Of a DNA stretch of 48,501 nt, positions 12,151 through 25,322 are shown one piece after another. How positions within the stretch are numbered: the first letter of the stretch is position 1; each line of letters starts with the position of its first letter. A program made the position numbers and the translations under genes. The notes below the pieces were generated by a model. It was not told the origin of the DNA and did not search any database. It was given only the letters and a program-made list of their open reading frames with translations. Source of the stretch: Octopus sinensis (lineage: Eukaryota); assembly GCF_006345805.1 (NCBI RefSeq), contig NW_021834431.1, forward strand, positions 1-48,501. The letters are read 5' to 3'.

Positions 12151-12260
12151 TATGTAAATTTAAATAATGAGGATGATAAATTGGATATTAATTTAATTAA
12201 CATCAATTTAAAACCAGTAGCTAGCATATAGAAAAATCTGAAAATTCATAAAAATTGTAA

Positions 12261-12436
12261 TACATGCGTATAATAGGGATGACCACTAAGTAAGACAGAT
12301 GCCTTTCTTACCCGCTTATGTTCTTGTGTTTGCTGAATTTCTCTTGAGAATATTCTTTTCTTTGTAGTTAGATCGTAGGTGATCTTCTAGCATATTGGAT
12401 GTCCACTTAGTGGCCATCCCTTATTATACGCATGTA
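12261..12436. repeat. Short element bounded by 31/32-bp inverted repeats
   Basis: TACATGCGTATAATAGGGATGACCACTAAGT (12261-12291) versus the reverse complement of 12405-12436: one mismatch and one indel. Confidence 0.75.
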
Positions 12437-12826
12437 ATAAACCGGTTAAGGTAAAGTTTATAAATTTATAAATATATATTCAGGGCAAGCGAGTAAGTAT
12501 ACTGGCTTAGCCGCATGCTGAAAGATGACGGTACCTTAAAATATCACAATAAACATACGCCGAATTCAGGCAAATAAACAAACAAAAATAAAACATGAAA
12601 AAGGTTCAGTTACGTATCTGTCGATTTCAAGATTAAGGGGAACCCCCTTTTTCACTCATCAGTGTAATACAGTCCAATGCAATAAAAATGAACAATTATA
12701 CACACCCCACAAAACACAACGGTTTCACAGGCTAAATACAACTGTTCGTACTTATGTACAGATAAAAAGTCAGAAATCAAGTTCGCTTACTTTTGGCCAA
12801 GTATGCATAACCAAATAATTCAGCAG

Positions 12827-12883
<57 letters not shown>

Positions 12884-12888
12884 ATAAA

Positions 12889-13170
12889 ATACAAGATAGG
12901 ACAAGAACGCAAAACATCAGGACAGTTAGGCGATACAAAAACGGGACAACAAAACATCCAGATAGGCGATACAAAGAAAACAAAGACTGGTCATTCGAAG
13001 TTTTCTTTCCTCAGTCAAGTACTAGATTATCTTCGCAATTTCGGCTGATTATACTTGAGATTGCCCCAATCCGGCCAACCCCAAGGAAAACCTAAGCTAA
13101 GAGCATTAGGTTCCTTGGAAGAAAGCAACGAATGTATAGAAAAACAAGGACGGAAAAAACGGACAATGTT
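12889..13170. repeat. Unclassified (TA)n-anchored dispersed repeat; second copy at 14496-14730
   Basis: Both copies share GGACAAGAACGCAAAACAT, GGTCATTCGAAG..CAGTCAAG, CGCAATTTCGGCTGATTA-CTTGAGAT and CCCAAGGAAAA-CTAAGCTA. Confidence 0.75.
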
Positions 13171-14062
13171 ACACAAATACAATAAAAATAAAAATAATAA
13201 TAGGACATAAGAACAGGTGTTTTCGACTAAGGACGAATTAAATTAAGCTGGCGTCTGTGGAAATGAAGCCTTACGGCAGGGATACAAAATCACAAACACA
13301 GGCCAAACCAAGAAAGAAAGAACAGGCTTGGCCGAACGTCAGTCACGTTGGAAGAGAAGAGAGAGAAGTAGAAGCAGAGAGGCAGAATAATTAAGAAAGG
13401 GCGAGAAGAAATGACAGGAACACAGTGAAGTGAAAAGTGGAGGAAAAGTGAGCAAGAAGAGAAGAAATGTGAGATCTAGTACGACTCTATTTCTGTCTAT
13501 CAGCCCTTTCACGCTTATTCGTACATTCCACTCGTCGTTCTTTCGTTTCCCCTCTCTCACATTTCGTCTTCATATTGCTATATTCATTTGTCATTTTTTT
13601 CTTTCTTAATTCCAGATTGTATTGGCTGCTATATCCAGAATCGTAAAAAGTTAAATATTGAGAGGACATTGTCTCACAGTTGCCAACGGCGCAGTTAATG
13701 ATTTTAGTTTTGGTTTTACGTACTCAACATTAGTCATCTGATGATTTCTATCTTGTGTACAGAAGGCTCTTGGACAACATTTTTTTCTTTTTGATCCTGG
13801 GATTAATCTTTTGCCTGGGAATAATCTTCTTGTATCTTGCTTGTATCTTTGCTTGTAATCTTGCTTGTATCCCGTGGAAGTATTAGTGTGGTTTATTTCC
13901 TGTATGATCTGTGCTTTTCACATCAAGGACCTACGTACAACCAAGTCGGTGAACCAGTCTGTTTCTCGATTTTGTTGTAGCATTCATCAAAATTTTCCAA
14001 TATCCGTGCACATTTATGTGTGTATGCATGTATATATGAATATATGAATGTCTACGTGTATA

Positions 14063-14390
14063 TAGTAAAGACGCGTAGGTTAGCGATTAGGGTATTCGGC
14101 TCGCGATTGTAAAGTCGTGAGTTCGATTCACTGTAGCGCGTTGTGTTTTTGAGCAAGACACTTTATTTCACGCTGCTTCAGTCCGCTCAGCTAACAAAAA
14201 TGAGTAGTATCTATATTTTAAGGGGCCAGCCCCGTCACACTCTGCGTCACGCTGAAAAACCCTGACAACTTCATTAAGAGTATGCGTGCCTGTGGAGTGC
14301 TCAGCCGCTTGCACGTTCATTTCACGAGCTGGCTGCTCCATTGATCGGATCATCTGGACCCCCACGTCGTCGTAACCGACGGAGTACCAA
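14063..14390 (+). mobile_element. Old SINE related to family A (similar head and tail, different middle)
   Basis: Decayed tRNA-like head (GAGTTCGATTC B box). The 3' half aligns with family A (GTGGAGTGCTCAGCC..CGTCGTCGTAACCGACGGAGT). Confidence 0.75.
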
Positions 14391-14443
14391 TTTGAAATAC
14401 ATTTATGTATATGTATATGTATACACCTACAAGTATGCGTTTC

Positions 14444-14478
<35 letters not shown>

Positions 14479-14495
14479 TAAAATATATATAAAAA

Positions 14496-14730
14496 TACAA
14501 AATGGGACAAGAACGCAAAACATTCAAATAGACGCCACAAAACACGGACGGGTCATTCGAAGCCTCTAATCTTCAGTCAAGAACCGGATCATCCTCGCAA
14601 TTTCGGCTGATTAATCTTGAGATCGCTCCGATCCGGCCAGTCCCAAGGAAAAACTAAGCTACGAGCATAAGATTTCTTTGAAAAAGGATCAAATGTATAC
14701 GAAACAAGGACAGAAAAACGGACGATGCCA
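14496..14730. repeat. Second copy of the 12889-13170 repeat
   Basis: Shares the motifs listed for 12889-13170. Confidence 0.75.
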
Positions 14731-14799
14731 CTGAAATTATTGCGGCGTAACGTACACCTTGTTCTCTATATGTATGTAAGCATTCCACTATATATATAT

Positions 14800-14836
<37 letters not shown>

Positions 14837-15316
14837 GTTTATGTATGTACTTATATATGTGTGTGTATACATATGTATGCGTACATGCGTGTGTACGTGT
14901 GTATGTGTGTAAATGTATAAGTATATGAATGGATGTTCACGTATGAATATGCGTGAGTATGTAACTGTGTATATTGTATTACTTTTATTCTTTAATTCTT
15001 TAAATTCTTCCAGTAAATGCGAACCTTTTACTGACAAAGAAACAAAGCGCTATCTTTGGAATGTAGATAACGTCAATATTGAAGAATTCTTCCTCTTCTG
15101 TCTCTTTTCCTGGCCTGATGACAGGCGCTCTACATAACGAATTAGTTCGCGGGTTTTTGCGGCTATTGTTCTATCATTAGGGCTAAGAATACCAAGATTC
15201 ACCTTTTGCTTCGAAAGGGAATTCTGTGGACGTTGGGAGTTGTTGTTTACACCCTCGTGAAGAAGATGGGGGAATGGGAGCGAAGAGGAAAGAGGAGGAG
15301 GCTGGTGGGGGGGGGG

Positions 15317-15721
15317 AGAAGAAGAAGAAGAAGAAGAAGAAGAAGAAAAAGAAGAAGAAAAAGAAGAAGGAGAAGATCAAGAAGAAGAAGAAGAAAAAGA
15401 AGAAGAAGAAAAAGAAGAAGAAAAAGAAGAAGAAAAAGAAGAAGAAGAAGGCGAAGAAAAAGAAAGAGGAGAAGATCAAGAAGAAGAAGAAAGAAGAAGA
15501 AGAAGAAGACGAAGAAGAAAAAGAAGAAGAAGAAGAAGAAGAAAAAGAAGAAGACGAAGAAGAAAAAGAAGAAGAAGAAGAAGAAGCAGAAGAAGGAGAA
15601 GAAGACGAAGAAGAAGATAGAGAAGAAGAAGAAGAAGAAGAAGAAGAAGAAGAAGAAGAAGAAGAAGAAGAAGAAGAAGAAGAAGAAGAAGAAGAAGATA
15701 GAGGAGGAGGAGAAGAAGAAG
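15317..15721. repeat. (GAA)n polypurine tract, ~400 bp
   Basis: Directly visible. It explains the poly-K/E/R/F ORFs. Confidence 0.95.
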
Positions 15722-16077
15722 ATCAAAAGCATAATGGAAATTTGCTAGACAGAAATGGTGCGGAAACCGATTTCATTGACTGTTTTTATCCCCGGGAGAC
15801 AGACTTAAACCGTTGCCCGATTTATTCCTACCCGTGGTATGTGCTTCCTGGTTCCTTGTCCCTGGTTTTTGCGTGTCTTAAGTAAAATCACCTCTGTTTC
15901 AAGCAGTCGGGTTCAGTCTCGAATCTGGTGATAATTTCTTCTTTTCTTCTCACTGGTCAGTGAGATTTTTTTAAAATGGTTGTCGGGAGCACTACTCTTC
16001 CGTTCGTGAATAATTCATAAAATATATATTCATAAGAGAGTTAAGATTAATTCACGATTCTAAGTTGTTGTGTCCTT

Positions 16078-16267
16078 CATCATCGTCGTCGTCGTCGTCG
16101 TCATCGTCGTCATCACCATCATCACCAACACCATCATCATCATCATCGTCGTCGTCGTCACCACTACCACCACCATCATCATACTATTTATCATCGTCTC
16201 CACCACCACCACCACCACCACCACCACCACTATCATCATCGTCGCCGTCAGCACCACCACCACCACC

Positions 16268-16300
<33 letters not shown>

Positions 16301-16648
16301 TTCATCATCATCACCAACACCATCATCATCATCGTCGTCGTCGTCACCACTACCACCACCATCATCATACTATTTATCATCGTCTCCAACACCAACACTA
16401 CCACCACAGTCATCATCATCGTCGTCGCCGTCACCACCACCACCACCATCACCACCACCATCATCGTCGTCGTCGTCGTCGTCATCACCATCATCACCAA
16501 CACCATCATCATCATCGTCGTCGTCGTCACCACTACCACCACCATCATCATACTATTTATCATCGTCTCCAACACCAACACCATCACCACCACCACAGTC
16601 AACATCATCATCGTCGTTGCAGTCATCATCACCTCCACCACCACCACC

Positions 16649-16738
<90 letters not shown>

Positions 16739-16760
16739 TTATTATTATTATTATTATTAT
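16078..16760. repeat. Compound (CAT/CGT/CAC)n tract with a ~185-bp higher-order triplication, followed by (ATT)n
   Basis: The marker ATCATACTATTTATCATCGTCTCC recurs at about 16177, 16365 and 16547. Confidence 0.9.
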
Positions 16761-17537
16761 TATTTTGTATTGTTCGATCCTGGGTTACAGAAACACAGCC
16801 TTCGAAATATGATGTAATATGATGTAATGTACGTTTTACTTTCGCTTCTTTTTGTTTTAGTTTTCTTTTTGTTCCATCGCAAGTAGTAAATGTGGGTCGA
16901 ACTTATTCATCTTACGTTTAATCATGGCGCCTAAACATCCGGTTTTGTGGCGCCACCTACTGACACTTTACTTCAGCTTAGTTGTTTCTCGTGTTGATGT
17001 TGTTGTTGCTTAGACCCAGACCGATACTGATCGAGCAGATCTATGATTACAATGCATCGCATTAAAAAAACATCTACGACTGCATTATACAACGCATCCT
17101 TCCTTTTTTTTTTTTCAAAGAAAAGCCGCAGCAGAGGGAGATTTTGTTTCTATTTTTAACAGGTCGAGGTACCACGTAGAGGCCCCTTTGTTTTCACATC
17201 TCCAGGTTAATAATTCATCTGATTGTTTTCACGTTAGGTTATGTCGTTACCACATGCACTGCAGGTCTTTTTTTCTTTTTTGTTTGTTGTTTCAGATACA
17301 GACGTAACAGCTGTGTATTGACATGTATTGATTCTCCTAAAGTTATTGTTAATACGCTTTTTTCGCATATTCTGTAACAATAACATCAATAAATATTTTT
17401 TATATGAGAATGATTGCTTTCTTTTCATCGTATCTCTTAATCATGGCCTGTTTGTTGCGAGGATTTACAAAAACTGAAGGCGTTTTAGAATTATCTCAGT
17501 GAAATTAGATTTGAATGCATGTTAAATCTTAGAGATA

Positions 17538-17630
17538 TACAGTTGAACCTCGGTTTACGAATTTAGCATGTTCCTGAAGGCTGTTCGTGACACGTAATGT
17601 TCGTAAACAGAAACTATTTTTCTCATAAGA
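17538..17630 (+). mobile_element. Probable pogo/Tigger-like DNA transposon end fragment
   Basis: TA|CAGTTGAACCTCGGTTTACGAA resembles the TA-CAGTNGAACCTCG termini of Tigger-type elements. No matching right end was seen. Confidence 0.5.
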
Positions 17631-17701
17631 TATTCAAGAGAAGACACGACAAATTCGAGAGGGATGTGAACTGAGCAAAAGCTAGACAGCAACTATATAT
17701 A

Positions 17702-18094
17702 TCTTTATATATAAAAGTTAAGTTGTGTGTCTGTCTCCTACGATTTAGATTCCTAACTACTCCCACATTTTGCGGTGCAGTGTAACCAAAAGCGGGTATC
17801 TTATAGTCGTGATTCATATCGAGCCCTTCTAGGTATTAGCGCGCGTCTACAATGAGTCTACGATTTAAAAAAAAAATTACCATAATTTTTTCCATTTTAA
17901 TGCATTTTTTTCGCTATTATATAAGGGAAGTAACTCTCTAAAAATGTATTATTAAATCTCAGAACGTAAAAAGCTACAGTAACACCCCCTTTGTGGTTAG
18001 CCACATTGAGATGGCTATTATACTTTACATCTCTAAAAATGCTTATATAGTTATTTCCCTTACAAACCCGAGCAACGCCGGGCGATACTGCTAG
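17702..18094 (+). mobile_element. Non-autonomous Helitron
   Basis: 5' A|TC start, subterminal hairpin CCCG-AGCAACGC-CGGG (18067-18082) and 3' CTAG|T end. It sits between A and T with no TSD. Confidence 0.8.
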
Positions 18095-18935
18095 TATATA
18101 TATATATATATTATATTAACGCTACTTCTCCGTTTTCTGGAATTTAATTTGGATATTTACAAACGAAGATCTATATTCAATCCTATTATTTTAGGAATAT
18201 TACTATTCACAAATAAATAATAGGTAATAAACCAGTAATTTATTGGATATTTTCTATCCCTTAAGTTGGTTTTTAACCTATATATATATGTGTGTGTGTG
18301 TATGTGTGTGTGTGTGTGTAAAAGGTAGAAGAGTAACACTCGAATTGATATGTATAAGGAAAATAAGACAAGATAGAAAATGCTAAAATAATTTTATCAT
18401 GAAGAACATTTTAGTGCCAGTTTCCGACTTTTAGACTTTTTCAACTACGAGTAAAATAAGGAAAACAATTAGATTGGAGAAAAAAATTAAGTGAAATGCT
18501 TTGTAGATATTTCCGTGGTCTTTAAATAGGTAAATATTTCCATATCCTTCAGATAGTCTGTCTGTCTGTCACTCTCAATCTCTGTCTGTCTGTCTGTCTG
18601 TCTCTCTCTTTCTCTCTCTCTCTTCCTTTGTGAATGCATCGTAGGTGGGTAGTAGTAAATCTGAAGGAATAGTTTGGGTACAGAGAATTGATGGTTTAAG
18701 CAGGTGCAGCCAAGGGAGGGGAAGAAGAAGAAGAAGGCGGAGAAGAAGGAGAAGGAGAAGATAAAGGAAGAAGAGAAGTAGGAGTAGGGAAAGAAGACGA
18801 AGAAAGAGAAAGAAAAGAAAAGAAGGGGAAAATGCAGGAGTGCTGTGACAGTAAAATGTTCGTGGAATCATCTTTAATGATCAAATGACCTAAAAGTGAT
18901 CTGTTGTTGTCGTAGCAGTAGTGGTTGGAATTGTT

Positions 18936-19800
18936 TTAAATTATTGTAGTAGTTTCATCTGTGGTGGTTGTGTCATTTAAAATAGGTTTATATTTTGCAA
19001 TAAAATATGCTTCATTACTAATGCGTTGATTATAGGTTGCATTGTCCCTGAATTTATAGAGGGGGCGGGAAATTCTAATGATGAGTTGTTCGTTAGTGGC
19101 GCAAATATCGATGTGTTCACTTAATCCTATTTTTCTGCATTCTTGTATTTTAATCTGGGATCTATGTGCCGTCATCCTCTTGCGTAGACTGTTTTTAGTT
19201 TGACTAATATATTGTTCTCGATACCCTGTGCAAGTTAATACATATATTAAGTTTTTCGAAACACACGTGAAGTTGTTTTTCACTGTAAAACGTTGAACCT
19301 GTTTGAAGGAGAATTCCGATCCTTCAATTAGGTTGACACATATACCACAGTTAGGTCATCCGCATTTTTTACTGCCGGTTTCGATGTTCTTGACGAGTGT
19401 ACTTGGGCCTGTGCTAGAAGAATTTTCATTGACTTGGGTTGTTTTTGCTCTTCATGATGGTGTGCATTTTGGAGAATTTGATACATTCTATCTTCCCATT
19501 TTACTATACGGGATGCTCTGGAGGATGGTGTCGAAGGCCTCGTTGTTTAGGGGGTTGTACGTGGATATGTATGTTAGGGCTTTTGGCTGAAAATCCTTCT
19601 TTAGTCTGGGGTGTCTGAGTTCGGGGATGTTGAGTTGTAGGGCACGTTGAAAGCCTATATCAATTAATGATGGTGGCTATTTCCTGCTGATAGGTGTATC
19701 CTTTAGCTCATGTAATCGTGTGTCCCTGGTGCTTGTATCAGATACTATAGTACAAATCCTTTTGCCAGGTTGTAAGGGATATTCATTCTAGTGTGTCTAG
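18936..19800 (-). pseudogene. Penelope-like element fragment: RT C-terminus, linker and GIY-YIG endonuclease
   Basis: 18936-19283 translates FTCVSKNLIYVLTCTGYREQYISQT..LRKRMTAH..LSEH..EAYFIAKYKPILN (GIY-YIG motifs plus the R, E and N residues). Upstream: HTRMNIPYNLA-RICTIVSD. Stops, frameshifts and YIG>YIS indicate decay. Confidence 0.9.
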
Positions 19801-19817
19801 AGTGGCAAGAGTTGACC

Positions 19818-19846
19818 GGCAGACACTGAACTGAAAGAAGCCTGAC

Positions 19847-19887
<41 letters not shown>

Positions 19888-20138
19888 GAGAGAGAGAGAG
19901 AGAGAGAGATACATACAATATATATATATATATATATATATACGTGTGTGTGTGCGTGTGTATCGATGTATGTGTGTCTTTGTGTTGGTGTGTTTATGTC
20001 CCAGTAATTTAACGGTTCGGCTAAAAAGTTCGATAGAATAAGTGCCGGATTTAAAAAATAAAACGTTCTGGGGTTGATTTGTTCGACTAAAATTCAGCAG
20101 GACCGCAGTCAAATGACTAAAACAAGTAAAAGGATAAA
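19818..20138 (+). mobile_element. SINE family C, 5'-truncated and degraded
   Basis: Contains AACTGAAAGAAGCC, a microsatellite, then GCGGTTCGGC-like and GCAGTCAAATGACT-AAACAAGTAAAAG. Confidence 0.75.
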
Positions 20139-20162
20139 ATAATAAAAAACATTGTGTGTGTG

Positions 20163-20194
<32 letters not shown>

Positions 20195-20395
20195 ATGTGT
20201 GCATGTGTATGTATGCTTGCATGTATGATGTATGCATGTATGTATGTACGTATCTGATTGTGTGCATGTGTGTATCCCCTTTAATTACTGGGACATAAAC
20301 ACACCAACACTGGTTGTCAAGTAGTGAGGTGGGGGGGGGGAGACAAACAGATGCAGAGATACGCACACACATAGATATACACATATACATATATA

Positions 20396-20849
20396 TACTC
20401 CTTTACTCTTACTTTTTTCAGTCATTTGACTGCCGCCATACTAGAGCAACACCATTACTCGAACAAATTGACCCTGGGACTTATTCTTTTGTAAGCCTAG
20501 AATTTATTTTGTCGATATCTATTGCCGAACCACCATGAACGTAAACACACCAGCATCGGTTGTCCAACGATGGCGGGGGTGGTGGTAACAAACACAGACG
20601 CACAAACATACTCCACCACACGCACACTCAAACACACACATACACATACACACACGCACGCACGCACACACAAACACAGATATACAAGACAGGTTGCTTT
20701 CAGTTTCTGTCTACCAAATCCACTCACAAGGCTTTGGTCAGCCCCAGGCTATAAGAGAAAACGCTTGCCCAAGGTGTGACACAGTGGGACTGAGCCCGGA
20801 GCAATGTGTTTCGTAAGCAAGCTACTTACCACGCAGCCACTTCCGCGCC
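20396..20849 (-). mobile_element. SINE family C, full length
   Basis: Homology to other C copies. Confidence 0.85.
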
Positions 20850-20903
<54 letters not shown>

Positions 20904-20930
20904 TAACACATACATACATACATACATACA

Positions 20931-20962
<32 letters not shown>

Positions 20963-20979
20963 CATATGTGAGTGTGTGC

Positions 20980-21028
<49 letters not shown>

Positions 21029-21044
21029 TACATACATACATACA

Positions 21045-21075
<31 letters not shown>

Positions 21076-21358
21076 GTGAGTGTGTGCGTGTGTATACATA
21101 TATATATATATATATAATAGAGAGAGAGAGGGGGAAGGAGGGGTAGAGGAAGAAAAAGAAAGAGAAAGAGGAAGAGAGCTGATTGTTTAAGGAAATTTAG
21201 AAAATGCTAAATTTCCCACGCGCTGTGAGAAAGAGAAGGGGATGCGTTTGATGTCCCAGAATTGTAGCCAGGTGCGTCTTTCCACATTGCATATAATCTT
21301 ATCTACATATCATTTCTTATACATACATATATATATACATATATTCACATACAAGCAC

Positions 21359-21395
<37 letters not shown>

Positions 21396-21691
21396 CACAC
21401 GCACATATACGGAGACACATACATTCACACACAGACGCACATATAGTTATTTGTATGTATGTATGTATATATGTATGTATATATGTATGTATGTAGTATG
21501 TATGTATGTATGTATGTATGTATGTTTGTATGTATGTATGTATGTATGTATGTATGTATTACGTATGTGTGAGTGTGTTTATGTATGTATGTATGTATGT
21601 AAGTATGGCCATGGCATGTCTCTACTTCTCATCAGTTAAATATTTTACGAAAGTGTAATTTACCTATATATATATACTCCTGTCACAACCT

Positions 21692-21735
21692 GGGACCTTG
21701 AAGACAGCTATAATGCAAGAAAGTATACTAGTCCC
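21692..21735 (+). ncRNA. Degenerate hammerhead-like motif
   Basis: GGGAC-CTTGAAGA-CAGC-TATAAT-GCAA-GAA-AGTATACT-A-GTCCC. Perfect 5-bp stem I and an 8-nt palindromic stem III, but an extra U in the core and a weak stem II. Confidence 0.45.
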
Positions 21736-21915
21736 TTAATATTTTATATTCAATATTTCATCTATTCAATAAGACAATCAATACTTCATTTCATTTTACT
21801 ATATATATTTTTTCATACTATATATTCTATATTCTACATTAGTATTATAAAGAATATAAATAAAACAGTAAAAACAGAGTTGGAATTTCTTTGAATAATA
21901 TATATATATATATAT

Positions 21916-22108
21916 ATACAAAATTAGAAAATGGAGAAACATACCTAAATCAATCATCAACCATCAGATAATACCCAATCAATACTTTATTAAACCATTA
22001 CACCACAGCAATGACATTACACATTGATATATTACAAATATAACAAGACATAGAAATAGAAATAGAAAATACATTTACATTGTGTTTCTCCATTTTCTAA
22101 TTTTGTAT
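21916..22108. repeat. Short element bounded by a perfect 25-26-bp inverted repeat
   Basis: TACAAAATTAGAAAATGGAGAAACA (21917-21941) versus its reverse complement at 22083-22107. Confidence 0.75.
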
Positions 22109-22273
22109 TATTAATTTACGGTAATAATTTTACCTTTGCCCACATAATACAGTAGATGAATTAATTGCATCGCAATTTTTAACATTTATGTATTAGCTTT
22201 GTTGGGTACTACTCTAGCAGTATATTGGATATATGTTATCCCATGGAGGGTTGAATTTACAACCCCTATCTCA

Positions 22274-22312
<39 letters not shown>

Positions 22313-22959
22313 CTAAGCTTAGACATATTTGTAACACGGGCAACACAGACACACATAGAGACACACACAGACACACACACATACACAACACACACACACA
22401 CACAAACGGACGCACGCACACGTGTATTTGTTAGCGCGTGTGTGTTTGTATGTGTGTGTGCGTGCGTGTGTGTGTGCGTGTATCTATCTCGGTTTTCCTT
22501 TTATGGTCAATATCAAAGACGTGATAACCTCTCTTGTTTTCGTTCTGGTCCTAAACGCTACTGTTTTGCTTTGGCAACACCAATAACCATCACTGTGATC
22601 TTCACCTCTGAGTTCTAATACCGCCATTATTTCTTCCATCGTTCTTTTTCCTTTACATTTACCCTTTCTTCAAGACAGAAGTCTCTCAATTGAGCTTTGA
22701 TGCCACACATGTAGCAACTAGAACTTCTGCCTTGTCTACACCACATGTATAGCAGCTAAGTCCTCTGCCTTGTACGCACCACATGTCTGATTTATTTCTT
22801 CTCTGCTTTAAGGTCTTTGAGAGTCATGACTATTTGGATGTGCATACATACCATCCAAACACATGTTGATTTTTCAGGTTTGTAGAACAGAGACAAACCA
22901 AGGGCCAGTCTCCTTAGACCAATGTTTTTGACAATGATCCTTGTGTTATACGGGAAGAT

Positions 22960-23349
22960 AGTGGAGGCGCAAATGCCCAGTGGTTAGGGCAGCGGACACG
23001 CGGTCATAGGATCGCGGTTTCGATTCTCAGACCGGGCGTTGTGAGTGTTTATTGAGCGAAAACACCTAAAAGCTCCACGAGGCTCCGGCAGGGGATGGTG
23101 GTGATCCATGCTGTACTCTTTCACCACAACTTTCTCTCACTCTTACTTCCTGTTTCTGTTGTACCTGTATTTCAAGGGGCCGGCCTTGTCACTCTCTGTG
23201 TCACGCTGAATATCCCCGAGAACTACGTTAAGGGTGCACGTGTCTGTGGAGTGCTCAGCCACTTACACGTTAATTTCACGAGCAGGCTGTTCCGTTGATT
23301 CGGATCAACCGGAACCCTCATCGTCGTTACCGACGGAGTGCTTCCATCC
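22960..23349 (+). mobile_element. SINE family A, full length, 12-bp TSD
   Basis: tRNA-like head GTGGAGGCGCAA-GCCCAGTGGTTAGGGCAGCGGAC..GGTTTCGATTC. TSD ATACGGGAAGAT at 22948-22959 and 23350-23361. Confidence 0.92.
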
Positions 23350-23739
23350 ATACGGGAAGATGTCCTGCAAACAACTTGCACAAGCAAGTACTACCAGTCA
23401 AAAACTCCGTATGGGGGTCATCAGGAGAAAATGCACGCCGTTTCGGGGCCTACCTCTCGACGGCATCAAACGCATACCGGCACCCCTCATTAATATAAGG
23501 CCCCGCTTGCCAGATCAACTGATTATCAAATAAAGCTCAAAATTCTTCTAGCCATCGCTCATCGTCTCTTTTTTAACCAAATCCAGTGGCTAGCCTTCTC
23601 CACTGTAGATTGGATATCGGTCATGGTGGTATTGACTTTACGATGAGTTAGGCCTAACGATAACAAGTCAGGACAATCGTTCGATAAACGAATCGGTTTT
23701 ACTCACAACATAACAACTGTTAGACATTCCTCAACTAAT

Positions 23740-23743
23740 TATA

Positions 23744-23774
<31 letters not shown>

Positions 23775-24058
23775 TAATAATGATAATAATAATAATAATA
23801 ATAATGATATATAATAATAATAATAATAATAATATAATCACTAATAATAATTAATGATATAATATAATAATAATAATAATAATAGTAATAATACTTATTA
23901 TTATAATTATGATATTCGATACGTCTTCAGAACAACACGATTTCTGCTAAACAATTATTTTTTCACAATTAATGAGACAAATGTGACAAATAAACAAAAT
24001 ATGTGAGAATTCAACACCATCAACAAGAAGAAGAACAATAACAGCGAATATGATGATG

Positions 24059-24133
<75 letters not shown>

Positions 24134-24150
24134 TAATAATAATAATAATG
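23740..24150. repeat. (AAT)n tracts (23740-23905 and 24059-24150)
   Basis: Directly visible. Confidence 0.9.
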
Positions 24151-24783
24151 ATACAATAGCAGCAACAGTGAAGGAAATATGGTCGACAATAACAAAAAAG
24201 CAAAAAAAAAGCAACAAAAATATTACATTCCTAAAGTGGTGCTTATCTGAGTGTTAATTTGAAAGATAAGACAAACCTGTTTTGTCACGAGATAAGTTAT
24301 CCATTAGATGATATTTTGTTGTCGTTCTAATATCAAATGCTCTCCTTGTTTTACTGTGAAGACACCATCTTGTTTTCATCACACTGCTCGATCTATAAAA
24401 GAAATATTTGATAAAGACAAAAAAAAAAAAAGAAAGATGATGTAAGGAAATAGCTAAAACAATAATCTTCCTGGCTCAGAAGACAGGAAAACCTGGTAAA
24501 GATGAAATAAAAATACAATGGAAACACAAGAATTTAAAATTCAACAAATAACATAGGAAAAAAAAAGTTTTAGTTACTAGAAAAGAAAAAAATCAAGAAA
24601 ATCAAGAAGAATCAATATAACAAAACAAGGCTAAATAATTTGTATAACACAGCGAGACACACAGGTAGAAGGAAGCACACACGCATAGATGTGCGCTTTG
24701 GTGTGCTCATACACAGACATACATACAGTTGCGTAAATACGCGCTCATGCATAGAGATGCAGATACGGATATAGACACATACG

Positions 24784-24839
<56 letters not shown>

Positions 24840-24979
24840 CACACAGACACATATATACACACATACACACACATAGAGGCATACGGACATACACATAATG
24901 GAACATACAAATAAATACTTACACACACGCACATACATACTGTTACACTCATATACAGATATACACATAAGTGTACGCA

Positions 24980-24980
<1 letters not shown>

Positions 24981-25051
<71 letters not shown>

Positions 25052-25282
25052 AATATATGTATGTATGTATGTATGTATTGCAACAATACACGCATATTCG
25101 CATACATACACACACAAACACAAATTCGCATACACCCACACAAATGCACGAGGCCATACATAAGCAGACATACATATATACACATGTAGACACAGGACAC
25201 GGAGAAATAAATGCACGGGCACATATACACACGCAAACACAATTACACACTATACACACAAAAACATAAGCACTGACTTATA

Positions 25283-25322
<40 letters not shown>

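Noticed and set aside
10171-12167. Many overlapping MYVC/HTYI ORFs, plus similar ones at 25.5, 38.3, 41.6 and 44.5 kb
   Set aside because: They are artefacts of stop-free (TATG)n, (TA)n and (CA)n repeats.
12615-12675. Minus-strand CTGATGA...GAAATCGAC
   Set aside because: Stem II does not close at the core, U16.1 is absent and there is no stem I.
13650-13925. ~88-codon minus-strand open stretch with RRLFPGKRLIPGSKR (neuropeptide-precursor-like dibasic sites)
   Set aside because: No start codon, signal peptide or clear splice sites; the pattern arises from short local DNA duplications.
14545-14635. CTGAAGA..GAAT and CTCAAGA..GAAA motifs in the 12.9/14.5-kb repeat family
   Set aside because: Neither has both an intact core and a pairing stem II in both copies.
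15206-16822. Long ORFs (160-250 aa) rich in K/E/R or S/P/T/I
   Set aside because: They are translations of (GAA)n and (CAT/CAC/CGT)n microsatellites, open in several frames and on both strands.
23405-23450. Minus-strand GAAA...CTGATGA (possible type II hammerhead)
   Set aside because: The would-be stem II strands are both C-runs and cannot pair.
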